DNA of 60,873 bases, filler included. It is 6 parts of 6 records of this genome, joined end to end, with 100 filler letters (N's around TTAATTAATTAA, not from the genome) between each part and the next. Parts side by side here need not be neighbours in the genome. Positions count along the whole stretch, not along the records: positions 47,226 to 55,408 come from SRR31156797_5577; positions 55,509 to 60,873 come from SRR31156797_5610; 4 more parts are not named here. One strand, given 5' to 3'. Made by a program: the position numbers and the translations under genes. Of this stretch, positions 48,618 through 60,372 are shown in pieces. Every line of letters begins with the position of its first letter. The first letter of the stretch is position 1. The notes beneath the pieces were generated by a model that worked only from the letters and a program-made list of their open reading frames with translations, did no database searches and had not been told where the DNA came from.

Positions 48618-49484
48618 TATAATTGATAAAATTCCGGGAATTAGAAAATTACCCTCGGCACCAACGGTTTCTACTTCTTTAGGTAAACTTCCTTTGCTTA
48701 CATAGTATTTAGCTAAAACAGCTAGTCCATTATTCATTAGATGAGCAATAATTGGTACCCACAAGTTTTTCGACCATATCAATAAATATCCGAATAGAAT
48801 TCCCATAGCCATACGTGGTAATAATCCGTAAAACTGCATGTGTAGTGCAGCAAACAAGAATGCCGTGATTATTATTCCCCAATGAATATTCTTGGTCATA
48901 TTCGAGAAAATTCTCTGTATAACGCCTCTAAACAGTAATTCTTCACCAATGGCAGGAATAAGAGCTATTACAAGCAAATTCACCCATAAGTCAGAACTTG
49001 AATTCATAACTAAAAATTTCTCGGTAACCACCTTCGCCTGCTCTTCGCTAGCCTTCATCCAATTCTCTACCCCAGCCATAAAATCAGGCAACTGCATGTA
49101 AGAATTAATCTCTGCCAGGAAATTAATCATAGGTAATGCAGCAACAATAATAATTGTTGCAAAAAAAGCATTTATAAATTTAGGCTTCTCCTTCAAGAAC
49201 AGATATTCAACAATATTATCATGAATTAGATAAGCAAGTACAAAAGGTGGTATAATAAACATTCCAGCGGAGTATACCGACTGATAAAACTTTAGAATAG
49301 AAAGATTAACAGTATCGCTATGAATATTTATAACTTGTGTATCGGTAAAGATATTTACACCATAAATAAGGTAAGCTAAAATACTACCAGCAAACATTGT
49401 CAATAAAAATGAGCCCAATACAATTATCAAACTGAGTAGCAATTGTGCAAATGGTGAATAATGACGCAAGGATCCTTTTAACAT
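48564..49484 (-). CDS. CPBP (Abi/CAAX) family intramembrane metalloprotease
   Basis: EELLFRG, FAALH and AHLMNN motifs; start moved to ATG 49484. Confidence 0.9.
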   Translation of the reverse strand: MLKGSLRHYSPFAQLLLSLIIVLGSFLLTMFAGSILAYLIYGVNIFTDTQVINIHSDTVNLSILKFYQSVYSAGMFIIPPFVLAYLIHDNIVEYLFLKEKPKFINAFFATIIIVAALPMINFLAEINSYMQLPDFMAGVENWMKASEEQAKVVTEKFLVMNSSSDLWVNLLVIALIPAIGEELLFRGVIQRIFSNMTKNIHWGIIITAFLFAALHMQFYGLLPRMAMGILFGYLLIWSKNLWVPIIAHLMNNGLAVLAKYYVSKGSLPKEVETVGAEGNFLIPGILSIILVLFLMHTFYRIGKRQA

Positions 49485-49621
49485 GTAACTTTTTTTAAGT
49501 TGAGAAACAAAAATAAAACAATAAGTATAAAGGTCAAAGCAGAAAGTTGCCAATCGCATTTTTGACTTTTCCGCTCTTAAGACTTTATTATATCTTTGTG
49601 CCTGATTTAAAAAGAATACAA

Positions 49622-50617
49622 GTGAAGATAGGAAGTTTGGATTTAGGAGAGAAGCCTGTTTTATTGGCTCCGATGGAAGATGTTACCAATCCACCATTTC
49701 GTGTTTTATGCAAGAAATATGGTGCCGATTTAATGTATACCGAGTTTATCTCGTCGGATGCATTAATACGTTCGGTTAATAGAACCATGAAAAAGCTTAC
49801 CATTCTTGAAGAGGAAAGACCTGTTGCCATTCAAATTTATGGCAAAGAGGTAGATCCTATGGTAGAAGCAGCAAAAATTGTGGAAGAAGCAAAACCTGAA
49901 TTTCTTGATTTAAACTTTGGCTGCCCAGTGAGAAAAGTTGCTGGTAAAGGTGCCGGATCGGGAATGCTAAGAAACGTTCCTCAGCTCTTAAAAATCACCG
50001 AACAGGTTGTTAAGGCTGTTGATATCCCGGTAACGGTAAAAACCCGTTTGGGCTGGGATGCTGATTCAAAAATTATTGTTGAGCTTGCAGAACAATTACA
50101 AGACGTGGGAATTGCCGGACTTACCATTCATGGTAGAACTCGTTGCCAAATGTACAAAGGCGAAGCCGATTGGACATTAATTGGTGAGGTAAAAAATAAT
50201 CCAAGAATGCACATTCCTATCATTGGAAATGGTGATATCACAAATCCTGTAAAAGCACAAGAAGCTTTCGATAAATATGGAGTTGATGCCATTATGATTG
50301 GACGTGCCGCTGTTGGAAAGCCATGGATATTTAGAGATGTAAAACATTACATGAAAACTGGTGAATTATTACCTCCCGCAACTGTGGCTCAACAAGTAGA
50401 GATGCTGAAAGAACAAATTGATGCTGCCATTGATTGGATAGACGAACGAAGAGGTATTCTACACATGCGCAGACATATGGCAGGCATGTTTAAAGGTCTT
50501 TTCAATTTTAAACAAACACGTATTGATATGCTTCGCGCCGATCATTACGAGGATTTAATGGTGATTTTAAATAGAATTGCTTCGGAATGGGGCGACCTGC
50601 ATATAGAAGATGAATAA
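49622..50617 (+). CDS. dusB: tRNA-dihydrouridine synthase DusB
   Basis: LAPMEDV, DLNFGCP, TIHGRT, GNGDI and MIGR motifs. GTG 49622 follows a TATCTTTG Bacteroidetes promoter element. Confidence 0.92.
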   Translation: MKIGSLDLGEKPVLLAPMEDVTNPPFRVLCKKYGADLMYTEFISSDALIRSVNRTMKKLTILEEERPVAIQIYGKEVDPMVEAAKIVEEAKPEFLDLNFGCPVRKVAGKGAGSGMLRNVPQLLKITEQVVKAVDIPVTVKTRLGWDADSKIIVELAEQLQDVGIAGLTIHGRTRCQMYKGEADWTLIGEVKNNPRMHIPIIGNGDITNPVKAQEAFDKYGVDAIMIGRAAVGKPWIFRDVKHYMKTGELLPPATVAQQVEMLKEQIDAAIDWIDERRGILHMRRHMAGMFKGLFNFKQTRIDMLRADHYEDLMVILNRIASEWGDLHIEDE

Positions 50618-50646
50618 AAAAAAGACGCTTAAAGCGTCTTTTTTTT
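50616..50646. terminator. Bidirectional terminator
   Basis: A tract-GACGCT/AGCGTC-T tract between convergent genes. Confidence 0.8.
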
Positions 50647-51289
50647 ATTCTATTATTTTAGGTAATTCTTTTAAGAAATAATCCGGATCGAATACTGTAT
50701 AAGTCTCCGTTCTCCTACTCCATTTCATAGTTGCCTTAGTAATATAGGCAGCTTGTAATTTTCTGATATTTTCTTTGCTTAGTTCCAATTCTGCTGAATA
50801 GGTTGAAAAACCATAATTAACATATTCCTTTGGTTGATAGTAATCAGCATACTGCAAGCTAACTATTTCACCATTTGCTAATTCTAGGTCAATTTTAGAT
50901 TTCTTTGTTATGTATCCGAAAAAATGAGATCCTTCTTCATCCAAAACTTTCCAATCCGTTTTTAGTACAACTTTGTCCTTCTCCGATTTTAATTTAAACA
51001 TACATTTTATTGCATCTTTAGCATCTAAAAATTTACTCAATTTTGCACTTTCACCTTTAATTACCGTTAAGGCACCTAGTTCAATATCTTTTAAAATAAT
51101 AGGCTTAATACTTTCCGTATTTTCCACCGCCTTCTGTTCTTCAGTAATTTTTTTCGGCTCCTCATATTTCCAGGTGCCATTGTCAAAAAGTAAAACGATT
51201 TTGCCTTCAGGAGTTCTCAATCTGATTTGAGCATCTACACTTGAATAACTTGCAAATAATATTGCAACAAATACCAATATATACTTCAT
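50645..51289 (-). CDS. Secreted hypothetical protein, paralog 2 (DUF3157-like N-terminal motif)
   Basis: Signal peptide; TPEGKIVLLFDNGTWKY; clearly similar to 51302-51988. Confidence 0.75.
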   Translation of the reverse strand: MKYILVFVAILFASYSSVDAQIRLRTPEGKIVLLFDNGTWKYEEPKKITEEQKAVENTESIKPIILKDIELGALTVIKGESAKLSKFLDAKDAIKCMFKLKSEKDKVVLKTDWKVLDEEGSHFFGYITKKSKIDLELANGEIVSLQYADYYQPKEYVNYGFSTYSAELELSKENIRKLQAAYITKATMKWSRRTETYTVFDPDYFLKELPKIIE

Positions 51290-51301
51290 AACTACATAAA
51301 T

Positions 51302-51988
51302 TTATTCGATTATTTCTGGTAATGCCTTTATAAAATAAGATGGTTCAATCACCTTATATTCTTCAGTTCTCCTACTCCAAGTCATGTGAGCTTTATAAAC
51401 AATGCTGTTACTTAGTAAACGCATTTGATCTTCAGTTAATTCCAGTTCGGCAGAATAAGTTGAGAAACCATATTTTTCGTACTCTTTAGGTTCAAATTCT
51501 TTTGTATAAACCAAATCAACTTTCTTACCACCAATCAATTCCAGACTAAGCACATTGCCCTTTTTTATAAATCCGAAATAGGAATATGCTTCTCCGTTCA
51601 TGATTCTCCAATCGGTTTTTAAAATCGCTTTCCCATCTTTTGATGTCAATACAAAATCACAACGAACAATATTTTTCTGCTTGAAGTACTTTGCCAATTT
51701 TTTACTCGGACCTTCAATAAAAGCCGTTTTTTCAACTTCTCCATCCTTTAATGCAATAGGCGAATTATCAATCTCAACCTTTGGATTTATAACAACTACC
51801 TGCTCATTATTGGTCTTCACCTCTGTTTGATTTGTTTTATCTCCAGGAACTTTAACATCGGCATAAGACCAAGTTCCGTTATCGTAAAGAATAACCACTT
51901 TACCATCGGCCGTAAGTGCAGTTTGTTGAGCGTGCGCAATTTGGGCAATACCAAATACCAACAAACAGAATACAAATAATCCTTTCAT
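51302..51988 (-). CDS. Secreted hypothetical protein, paralog 1 (DUF3157-like N-terminal motif)
   Basis: Signal peptide; TADGKVVILYDNGTWSY. Confidence 0.75.
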   Translation of the reverse strand: MKGLFVFCLLVFGIAQIAHAQQTALTADGKVVILYDNGTWSYADVKVPGDKTNQTEVKTNNEQVVVINPKVEIDNSPIALKDGEVEKTAFIEGPSKKLAKYFKQKNIVRCDFVLTSKDGKAILKTDWRIMNGEAYSYFGFIKKGNVLSLELIGGKKVDLVYTKEFEPKEYEKYGFSTYSAELELTEDQMRLLSNSIVYKAHMTWSRRTEEYKVIEPSYFIKALPEIIE

Positions 51989-52069
51989 TTTGTATGATTT
52001 AATAAGTTATTATTTTCTAAAATCGTAAGCTGATTTTAGTATTAAAGTAATGTCGTAGTGGAATTTTTA

Positions 52070-53284
52070 TCAGTTAAACTGTAAAAAACGCTTGGTGATG
52101 TAGTAAACCGGAAAGCGAGATGCAAAGTATCCAATTAGTACAACAGTTGTAAAGATGATAAAAATATCAATAACGTGAACCTCTACCGGATAACTATCCA
52201 ATAGACTTCCTAAACCAGCAACCGTAATAAAACCAAATTGAATTTGCAGAAAACATACAATAACGCCTAAAATAATCCCTAAAACACCGCCAGATAAGGT
52301 AATCAACCAGCCTTCCAATAGAAAGACTTTCTGTATAGTTTTCTCATCGGCTCCCATACTTCTCAAGGTTGAGATGTCATTCTTTTTTTCGAGGATTAAC
52401 ATGGTTAAAGAACCAATAATATTAAAAGAGGCTATTATTAGTATAAAAGCAAGAATGAAAAAAATAGCCGCTTTTTCAGTCTTTAACATTCTAAAAATAA
52501 CATCGTGAAGTTCGAATCGATTTTTTACTACAAAATTATCTCCAAGCAAATTTTGTATAGATTCTTTCACATTTTCGATTTCACCTGAATCATTAATGGC
52601 TAATTCAATCGCACTTACCTCATTTTTATATGAGAATAACTTTCTCGCAAAATCGAGAGGAACCAAAACGTATTGAGAATCAAAATCTGCCTGAATTACG
52701 AAATATCCTGATGGAAACAAAATATCGGACTTAAATGCATTCATGGGATTGTGTCCCACTTTAGCAGTTCTTTTGGGCACATAAAATTTAATTGGATCAA
52801 CAAAAGTCAATCCAACACCTAAATCCAATGCAACTCCATATCCTAAAACCGCAAACTGATACTTTTCGGAATCTAATATAAAATTCCCCTCCACCATCAT
52901 GGTATCAATACCGGTCATCAGCGTAAAATTCTCATCAACTCCTTTAACGGTTGCTGGGCGCTGGCGATTACCATATTTCAACAAGGCATTCTCCTCCAAA
53001 ACTTCTGAGTAGAACACCACATTTTCCATATTTCGAATTTGCTCAAAAGTGGAATCGGGAATGAAGGTTTTTCCTTTTGTTGGTAGAATTTTTAAATCAG
53101 GATCGAAACTTCCATACAAATCAGTAATCAATCCGTTTAGTCCATTAAATACGGACAAAACAATTACCAAAGCCATTGTACCCAACATTACTCCAATAAC
53201 AGATATCAGAGATATAATATTGACAACATTCTGCTTTTTTTTAGAAAACAGATAACGTTTGGCGATGTGAAATGGAAGATTCAA
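52070..53284 (-). CDS. LolC/E-like (FtsX/MacB family) ABC permease
   Basis: IAKRYL N-terminus, VLSVFNG, periplasmic domain, ISTLRSMGA and three C-terminal TMs. Confidence 0.88.
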   Translation of the reverse strand: MNLPFHIAKRYLFSKKKQNVVNIISLISVIGVMLGTMALVIVLSVFNGLNGLITDLYGSFDPDLKILPTKGKTFIPDSTFEQIRNMENVVFYSEVLEENALLKYGNRQRPATVKGVDENFTLMTGIDTMMVEGNFILDSEKYQFAVLGYGVALDLGVGLTFVDPIKFYVPKRTAKVGHNPMNAFKSDILFPSGYFVIQADFDSQYVLVPLDFARKLFSYKNEVSAIELAINDSGEIENVKESIQNLLGDNFVVKNRFELHDVIFRMLKTEKAAIFFILAFILIIASFNIIGSLTMLILEKKNDISTLRSMGADEKTIQKVFLLEGWLITLSGGVLGIILGVIVCFLQIQFGFITVAGLGSLLDSYPVEVHVIDIFIIFTTVVLIGYFASRFPVYYITKRFLQFN

Positions 53285-53296
53285 ATTGTGATAAAA

Positions 53297-53632
53297 TTAA
53301 GACAACAAATTATCTAAATTCTCAATATAATCTAGTGAATCATCAATAAAGAAAGCCAATTCAGGAACAATACGCAGTTGTTTCCCAACTCTTTTACCTA
53401 AAATTCTTCTTATATTTTTCGAGCTCATTTTAACCAACTCAAGAGTTTCCTCTGATTTATCGGAAGGGAAAATACTTAAATAAACCTTAGCCAAGCCCAA
53501 ATCAGGACTAATTCTAACAGTTGTAACCGATATCATCTTTCCACCGAAAAGATTACGTGATTCCACCTGAAAAATCTCTCCTAAATCCTTTTGTAATAAT
53601 CTTGAAACTTTGCTTTGTCTTGTGCTTTCCAT
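53297..53632 (-). CDS. rbfA: 30S ribosome-binding factor A
   Basis: VRISPDLGLAKVYLS and LRIVPELAFFIDDS motifs; real start at MESTRQ. Confidence 0.95.
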   Translation of the reverse strand: MESTRQSKVSRLLQKDLGEIFQVESRNLFGGKMISVTTVRISPDLGLAKVYLSIFPSDKSEETLELVKMSSKNIRRILGKRVGKQLRIVPELAFFIDDSLDYIENLDNLLS

Positions 53633-53781
53633 AAATACTTGTCTAAATTTTTCACAAAGATAAGAGGAAAAGTTGAATAGTCTGAATTGTTGAAATGTAT
53701 CAATGAACAAATTATCAGAAATCTAAGAATATTTAACAATTCCGACTCTTGATTCTTTCAATTCCTTACTTTTGCGCAGAA

Positions 53782-54225
53782 ATGACAGAATTAATAGAAT
53801 ATGGATATTGGGGTTTGTTTGCGGCTAGCTTTTTAGCTGCGACGATATTACCGTTTAGCTCAGAGGCTATATTAAGTCTTTGTGTATATTCTGGTTTTGA
53901 TATTAATTTAACCATTGGCGTTGCCACATTTGGCAATTGGCTTGGCGGACTGACCAGCTACTATTTAGGATATATTGGCAAATGGGAGTGGATAGAAAAA
54001 CTGCTTCGGATTAAAAAAAAGAAAGCTGAAAAAACCAAAATCTATCTGCAAAACAAAGGTAATGCTTTCGCTTTCTTTGCCTTTCTTCCATTTATTGGTG
54101 ACCTAATACCTTTGGGACTGGGACTTTTAAAAACCAATCCATACTGGATGGCTCTGTTAATGGGAATGGGAAAATTGTGCCGCTACATTGTTTGGGCATG
54201 GCTTACCTTGCAAGCAATTAACTAA
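53782..54225 (+). CDS. YqaA/DedA-family (VTT domain) membrane protein
   Basis: SFLAATILPFSSE, GNWLGG and LPFIGD motifs. Confidence 0.88.
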   Translation: MTELIEYGYWGLFAASFLAATILPFSSEAILSLCVYSGFDINLTIGVATFGNWLGGLTSYYLGYIGKWEWIEKLLRIKKKKAEKTKIYLQNKGNAFAFFAFLPFIGDLIPLGLGLLKTNPYWMALLMGMGKLCRYIVWAWLTLQAIN

Positions 54226-54370
54226 TGAAATAACACTTCCAAAATTTCAAATATCAAAAAATCGTAGAATTTTCGAGTTCTATTTCATTTATCCATTAGG
54301 TTTCATAATTTTGCGGGATAATATTTTTAAGTATAAACAGCTCATTTTTGAGCTATTAATGAATTAGATC

Positions 54371-55360
54371 ATGAATACAGTAGTAAGTGGAATTCGATCG
54401 ACAGGTAATCTACACCTGGGAAATTATTTCGGAGCGGTAAAGAACTTTGTGCAAATGCAGAATGATAACAATTGTTTTTTCTTTATTGCAGATTGGCATT
54501 CCCTGACTACACATCCGAACCCTGCTGATCTTCACATAAAAGTAAAACACGTTTTAGCCGAATATCTTGCCTGTGGTATTGATCCTGAAAAAGCATCTAT
54601 TTACGTACAAAGTGATGTGCCGGAAATTCCTGAATTGTATTTGCTAATGAATATGAATGCTTATTTAGGAGAGTTGGAACGTACCACTTCTTTTAAAGAT
54701 AAAGCACGTAAAAATCCTGAGAATGTTAACGCAGGACTTTTAACTTATCCGGTTTTAATGGCTGTTGATATTTTAATTCATAAAGCGAAGTATGTGCCTG
54801 TAGGAAAAGATCAGGAGCAGAATTTAGAGATGGCTCGTAAATTTGCGAAGAGATTCAACAATTCTTACGGAGAAGATACCTTCCCAATTCCTCAACCCTA
54901 TTCATTTACCGGTGAATTCATTAAAATTCCTGGATTAGATGGATCTGGAAAAATGGGTAAATCGGAAGGAAATGCAATTGGTTTGGTTGAAGACCCAAAA
55001 ATTATTCGTAAAAAAGTGATGAAAGCTGTTTCGGATAGTGGACCAACTGAAATGAATCAGGAAAAACCAGAGGCGATTCAAAATCTTTTCACTTTAATGG
55101 ATGTGGTTTCTGAAAAAGATACCTACGATTTCTTCAACGACAAATACAACAATTGCGAGATTCGCTACGGTGATATGAAAAAGCAATTAGCCGAGGATAT
55201 CATTAATTTCACAGGTCCAATTAGAGAGCGATTTTTGGATATTTCACAGGATGACGCTTATCTAAGAAAAGTAACTCAAGAAGGAGCCGAAAAAGCTCGT
55301 GAAAGTGCAGCTAAAACATTAGAAGAAGTTCGTCGACTATTTGGTTTTAGAAAATTCTAA
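54371..55360 (+). CDS. trpS: Tryptophan--tRNA ligase
   Basis: HLGNY (HIGH-like), VPVGKDQ and KMGKS (KMSKS-like) motifs. Confidence 0.96.
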   Translation: MNTVVSGIRSTGNLHLGNYFGAVKNFVQMQNDNNCFFFIADWHSLTTHPNPADLHIKVKHVLAEYLACGIDPEKASIYVQSDVPEIPELYLLMNMNAYLGELERTTSFKDKARKNPENVNAGLLTYPVLMAVDILIHKAKYVPVGKDQEQNLEMARKFAKRFNNSYGEDTFPIPQPYSFTGEFIKIPGLDGSGKMGKSEGNAIGLVEDPKIIRKKVMKAVSDSGPTEMNQEKPEAIQNLFTLMDVVSEKDTYDFFNDKYNNCEIRYGDMKKQLAEDIINFTGPIRERFLDISQDDAYLRKVTQEGAEKARESAAKTLEEVRRLFGFRKF

Positions 55361-55380
55361 GAACAATTAATATGATATAA

Positions 55381-55408
55381 AAATGCCATCTCAATTGAGA
55401 TGGCATTT
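55381..55408 (+). terminator. Intrinsic terminator after trpS
   Basis: Perfect palindrome AAATGCCATCTC-AATT-GAGATGGCATTT. Confidence 0.75.
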
Positions 55409-55508
55409 NNNNNNNNNNNNNNNNNNNNNNNNNNNNNNNNNNNNNNNNNNNNTTAATTAATTAANNNNNNNNNNNNNNNNNNNNNNNNNNNNNNNNNNNN
55501 NNNNNNNN
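55409..55508. other. Artificial contig spacer
   Basis: N44-TTAATTAATTAA-N44. Confidence 0.98.
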
Positions 55509-56280
55509 TACCTACATTGTAAACACCACTTTGTTTTGCAGCACAAGCTTTTATGTTTGCTTGAACGATATCTTCAATGTAAATAAAGTCTCTTAAGATT
55601 TTATCACTTCCTTCAAATAACTTTGGTGTTTGACCATTTAAAATTTGGTGTCCAAATTGAACTACCATAGAAGCAGTTTTATTTTTAAAAAATTCTCTTG
55701 GACCATATACGTTAAAATATTTAAGCCCTACAATTGAGATATCTACACCTTTTTTGATATATTTGTATGAGATATTGTCCATCATAACTTTTGAGAAACC
55801 ATAGGCATTGTTTGGTTGCTCAAACCCTACTTCAAATCTATCGCTATCTCCATATGTTGCAGCTGAACTTGCATAAATCATATTTGCTCCATGGGCAATT
55901 GCAATTTTTAATAAGTCTTCATATGCATTTACATTTGTTTGAACCATTAGGTCCTGTTCTTGAACTGTAGTATCTGAAATTGCTGCTTGATGGAAGATAT
56001 AATCAAAGTTGAAGTTTTGTTCAAGCTCTTTTAAAAGCTCTTTATCATTTATATCACCACTAATTACTTGTCCATTAAACCCTAAAAGGTTTTTAAAGTG
56101 TCCAAAGCTTTTTAGGTTTCCATTTGAAAAAGTCTCTCCACTTCTGAAACAATCTAAGGCAATAATCTCTGCATCTGGATAGTTTTCTTGAAAGTAGAAG
56201 CATAGGCTTGAACCAATAAAACCTGCTGCTCCTGTGATAAGTATTGTTTTGTTATTAAAATCTATATTTGTATATTTCAT
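55509..56280 (-). CDS. rfaD: ADP-L-glycero-D-manno-heptose 6-epimerase, 3' truncated
   Basis: GAAGFIG, HQAAISDTT, YASSAATYG, YGFSK and YFNVYGPRE motifs. Confidence 0.9.
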
Positions 56281-56342
56281 AATAGTATTCTCTCTTTAAT
56301 TTAAAAGATACTATTTTAGCAAAATTTTTATTAGATTCTAAA

Positions 56343-58070
56343 TCAGTTTAATTTATGGTCAAACTCTGGTACTATCTCTTTTAGTTTTGCTATTTTATCT
56401 TCACAAACTAAAAGCTCTTCTATATCTTGATTTAGTCTATTTATATCATATTTTGTAGGACTTGCTACTGTAATTGATTCATATTGTGTTTTCATATCGC
56501 TATCATTGATTAAAAGCTCTTCATAAAGTTTTTCACCAGGTCTTAAACCGCAATACTCTATTTCAATCTCTTTTCTTCCACTTAACTCAATCATATTTTT
56601 AGCTAAATCAACAATCTTAATTGGCTCACCCATATCAAGAATAAATATCTCTCCACCTTTTCCTATACTAGCTGCTTGAAGTACAAGCTCACAGGCTTCT
56701 GGAATAAGCATAAAATATCTAGTAATATCAGGATGTGTTACTGTTATTGGTCCACCTTTTTCAATTTGTGATTTAAACTTAGGAATAACACTTCCACTAC
56801 TTCCTAAAACATTTCCAAATCTTACAGCTACTATTTCAGTGTTTTTTTCTGTATTTATATTTTGTGCATATAGTTCACAAATACGCTTTGTAGTACCCAT
56901 AACATTTGTAGGTCTTACTGCTTTATCAGTAGAGATAAGAACAAACTTTTCGGCTTTGTATTTAATAGCAAGGTCAATACAGTTTTTAGTTCCCATAATA
57001 TTATTTGAAATACCTTCTAAAATATTACCTTCTACAAGGGGTACATGCTTATAAGCTGCCGCATGGATAACTATCTCGGGTTTATACTTTTTAAAAGTCT
57101 CTTCTATAAAGCCAAAATTTCTAACTGTTTGCATAACGGGAACTACTATTTCAGAGTTTAATTCATCAGTAATACTGTAAAGGTTAAATTCACTATGGTC
57201 AACTAAGATAAGTTGTTTAGCTCCAAACTTCTTACACTGTCTACTAATCTCACTACCAATACTTCCACCAGCACCAGTAATAAGTACAACTTTATCTTTA
57301 ATAAAATTTTCAATTCTTTGTTTATCTAAATCTTTTGGATGTCGTGCTAATAAATCCTCAACAGAGATATCTTTTAACTGTGTTGAAAAATCTTTATCTC
57401 TTAAAATCTCTTCTAAAGAAGGAAGAATTTGAATTTCTTTAAAATACTCTTTTAACTCTTTATAAACAGAGTTTATTTGCTCTTGAGTTGCACTTGGCAT
57501 AGCAATTACAAGAAGGTCGTACTTTTTAGCTTTTTCTTTAAAATTCTCTTTTGAAAGAATTCTTATACCATCAATACTTCTACCTTGAATAATCTTATCA
57601 TCATCAATAAAATATCTTACTTTATATTTACTTGGTCTAAACTCTTCTTCAAGCTTCATACCAGCTTTTCCAGCGCCATAGATTACTACTCTTTTTGTTT
57701 TCTGAACCTTACTTCTATTTACTACAAAATAGTATGAATACATTAAAAAGTTTGCAGAAAAGACAAATAAGAAAAGTTCTGAAGCAAGAAGTGCAAATCT
57801 AACTTCTCCATGAAAATATGGCGCATATAAAAAGAAAGGAGTGATATAAACTATACTTTTTAAGATGAATGTCTTTTGTGTTGCCTTACTCCAAGAAAGA
57901 GAAAAGTCTTTAAAGAGAATAAGTGATGAAATCATTCTTAAAAGAATAACAGTTAAAACAACAAACCAATCGAAAGACTTATGAAATATAAAAAAAGTCC
58001 ATGCAAAAGAAAATATAGTAAGAGAAATAATAACTAGAAAGTTTAGAATTCGTTTGTCAATGTGGAACAT
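56343..58070 (-). CDS. pglF: UDP-GlcNAc 4,6-dehydratase (PglF/CapD-like)
   Basis: N-terminal TMs; GAGGSIGSE, HAAAYKHVP, STDKAVRP and RFGNVLGSSGSV motifs. Confidence 0.9.
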   Translation of the reverse strand: MFHIDKRILNFLVIISLTIFSFAWTFFIFHKSFDWFVVLTVILLRMISSLILFKDFSLSWSKATQKTFILKSIVYITPFFLYAPYFHGEVRFALLASELFLFVFSANFLMYSYYFVVNRSKVQKTKRVVIYGAGKAGMKLEEEFRPSKYKVRYFIDDDKIIQGRSIDGIRILSKENFKEKAKKYDLLVIAMPSATQEQINSVYKELKEYFKEIQILPSLEEILRDKDFSTQLKDISVEDLLARHPKDLDKQRIENFIKDKVVLITGAGGSIGSEISRQCKKFGAKQLILVDHSEFNLYSITDELNSEIVVPVMQTVRNFGFIEETFKKYKPEIVIHAAAYKHVPLVEGNILEGISNNIMGTKNCIDLAIKYKAEKFVLISTDKAVRPTNVMGTTKRICELYAQNINTEKNTEIVAVRFGNVLGSSGSVIPKFKSQIEKGGPITVTHPDITRYFMLIPEACELVLQAASIGKGGEIFILDMGEPIKIVDLAKNMIELSGRKEIEIEYCGLRPGEKLYEELLINDSDMKTQYESITVASPTKYDINRLNQDIEELLVCEDKIAKLKEIVPEFDHKLN

Positions 58071-59183
<1,113 letters not shown>

Positions 59184-59777
59184 TTATAATTCCTCAACTT
59201 CACAACATGGATTACCATAAGCTTTTATATTATCTTTTATATTTTTTACAATTACTGAACCTGCACCGATTAAAGAGTTTTTTCCTACTGTTAATCCTTG
59301 AATTACACAAGAACCTATTCCAATATGAGTTAATTCTTTTATATTTACATTTCCTGCAAGAGCTACATTAGGAGAGATATGTACAAAATCTTCTATTTTA
59401 CATTCATGTTCTATTACTGAACTACTATTTAATATCACGGCTTTACCAATAGTTGAATTTGCATTTATAACTACATTTGGCATTACAACAGTGCCTTCTT
59501 CAATACGAACACTAGAAGAGATAATTGAACTTGAATGAATTAAAGTTGCTACGTGAAAGCCTTCTTCTTTTACTTTTTTAAAAAGCTTGGCCCTAATATT
59601 ATTACTCCCTATTCCAAAAGCAATAGGAATATTATTAGAGCTTTTTATATCTTCAAAAGTTGGATATTCATTTTCTCCATCATCAATAAATATTATATTT
59701 TCATAACCATTATCTCTTGCAATATCTGCTACTACAAGACCATGACCACTAGCTCCATAAATATATAACTCTTTCAT
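59184..59777 (-). CDS. pglD: UDP-sugar N-acetyltransferase (PglD/NeuD family)
   Basis: Starts MKELYIYGASGHGLVV; hexapeptide repeats; catalytic EH. Confidence 0.88.
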   Translation of the reverse strand: MKELYIYGASGHGLVVADIARDNGYENIIFIDDGENEYPTFEDIKSSNNIPIAFGIGSNNIRAKLFKKVKEEGFHVATLIHSSSIISSSVRIEEGTVVMPNVVINANSTIGKAVILNSSSVIEHECKIEDFVHISPNVALAGNVNIKELTHIGIGSCVIQGLTVGKNSLIGAGSVIVKNIKDNIKAYGNPCCEVEEL

Positions 59778-59778
59778 C

Positions 59779-60372
59779 TTACTTTGTCCCAGTAAATTTT
59801 TCCATTGTAACACTACTAGAAGAGCTGATATCACTTCTTTTTACAACTTTTAAAAAAGTTAACCAAAGTATTTTCATATCTAATAAAAAAGATTGATTAT
59901 CAACATACCAAACATCATATTCAAATTTTTGTTCCCAAGAAATAGCATTTCTTCCATTTACTTGTGCCCAACCTGTGATACCAGGTTTTACATTGTGTCG
60001 TCTTTTTTGCTCATCATTATAAAGATCTAAGTATTCAATTAACAAAGGTCTTGGCCCTACAAAACTCATTTCACCTTTTAAAACATTAAATAATTGTGGA
60101 AGTTCATCTAAACTTGTACTTCTAATAAACTTTCCAATACCTACCAGTCTTTTATTATCAGGAAGTAAGTTTCCAGCTTCATCTGTATCATTTGTCATAG
60201 TTCTAAATTTATATATACCAAATATTTTTTCTTTATGTCCTGGTCTCTTTTGTCTAAAAAGAATAGGACTTCCCATTTTCCATAAAATAAGTAAACTTAC
60301 TACTATATAAATAGGAGAAAATATTATTATTAAAAAAAGGGCTAATAGTCTATCAAATATTGATTTAAGCAT
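59779..60372 (-). CDS. pglC: Undecaprenyl-phosphate phosphoglycosyl transferase
   Basis: [23 protein letters not shown] and [12 protein letters not shown] motifs. Confidence 0.9.
   Translation of the reverse strand: MLKSIFDRLLALFLIIIFSPIYIVVSLLILWKMGSPILFRQKRPGHKEKIFGIYKFRTMTNDTDEAGNLLPDNKRLVGIGKFIRSTSLDELPQLFNVLKGEMSFVGPRPLLIEYLDLYNDEQKRRHNVKPGITGWAQVNGRNAISWEQKFEYDVWYVDNQSFLLDMKILWLTFLKVVKRSDISSSSSVTMEKFTGTK

Noticed and set aside
5265-55464. Recurring TTAATTAATTAA as a biological repeat or CRISPR-like element
   Set aside because: Always centred in exactly 88 N; it is a six-frame-stop assembly linker.
59778-59834. Extended PglD N-terminus overlapping pglC
   Set aside because: The family-typical start is MKELYIYG at 59777, immediately after the pglC stop.
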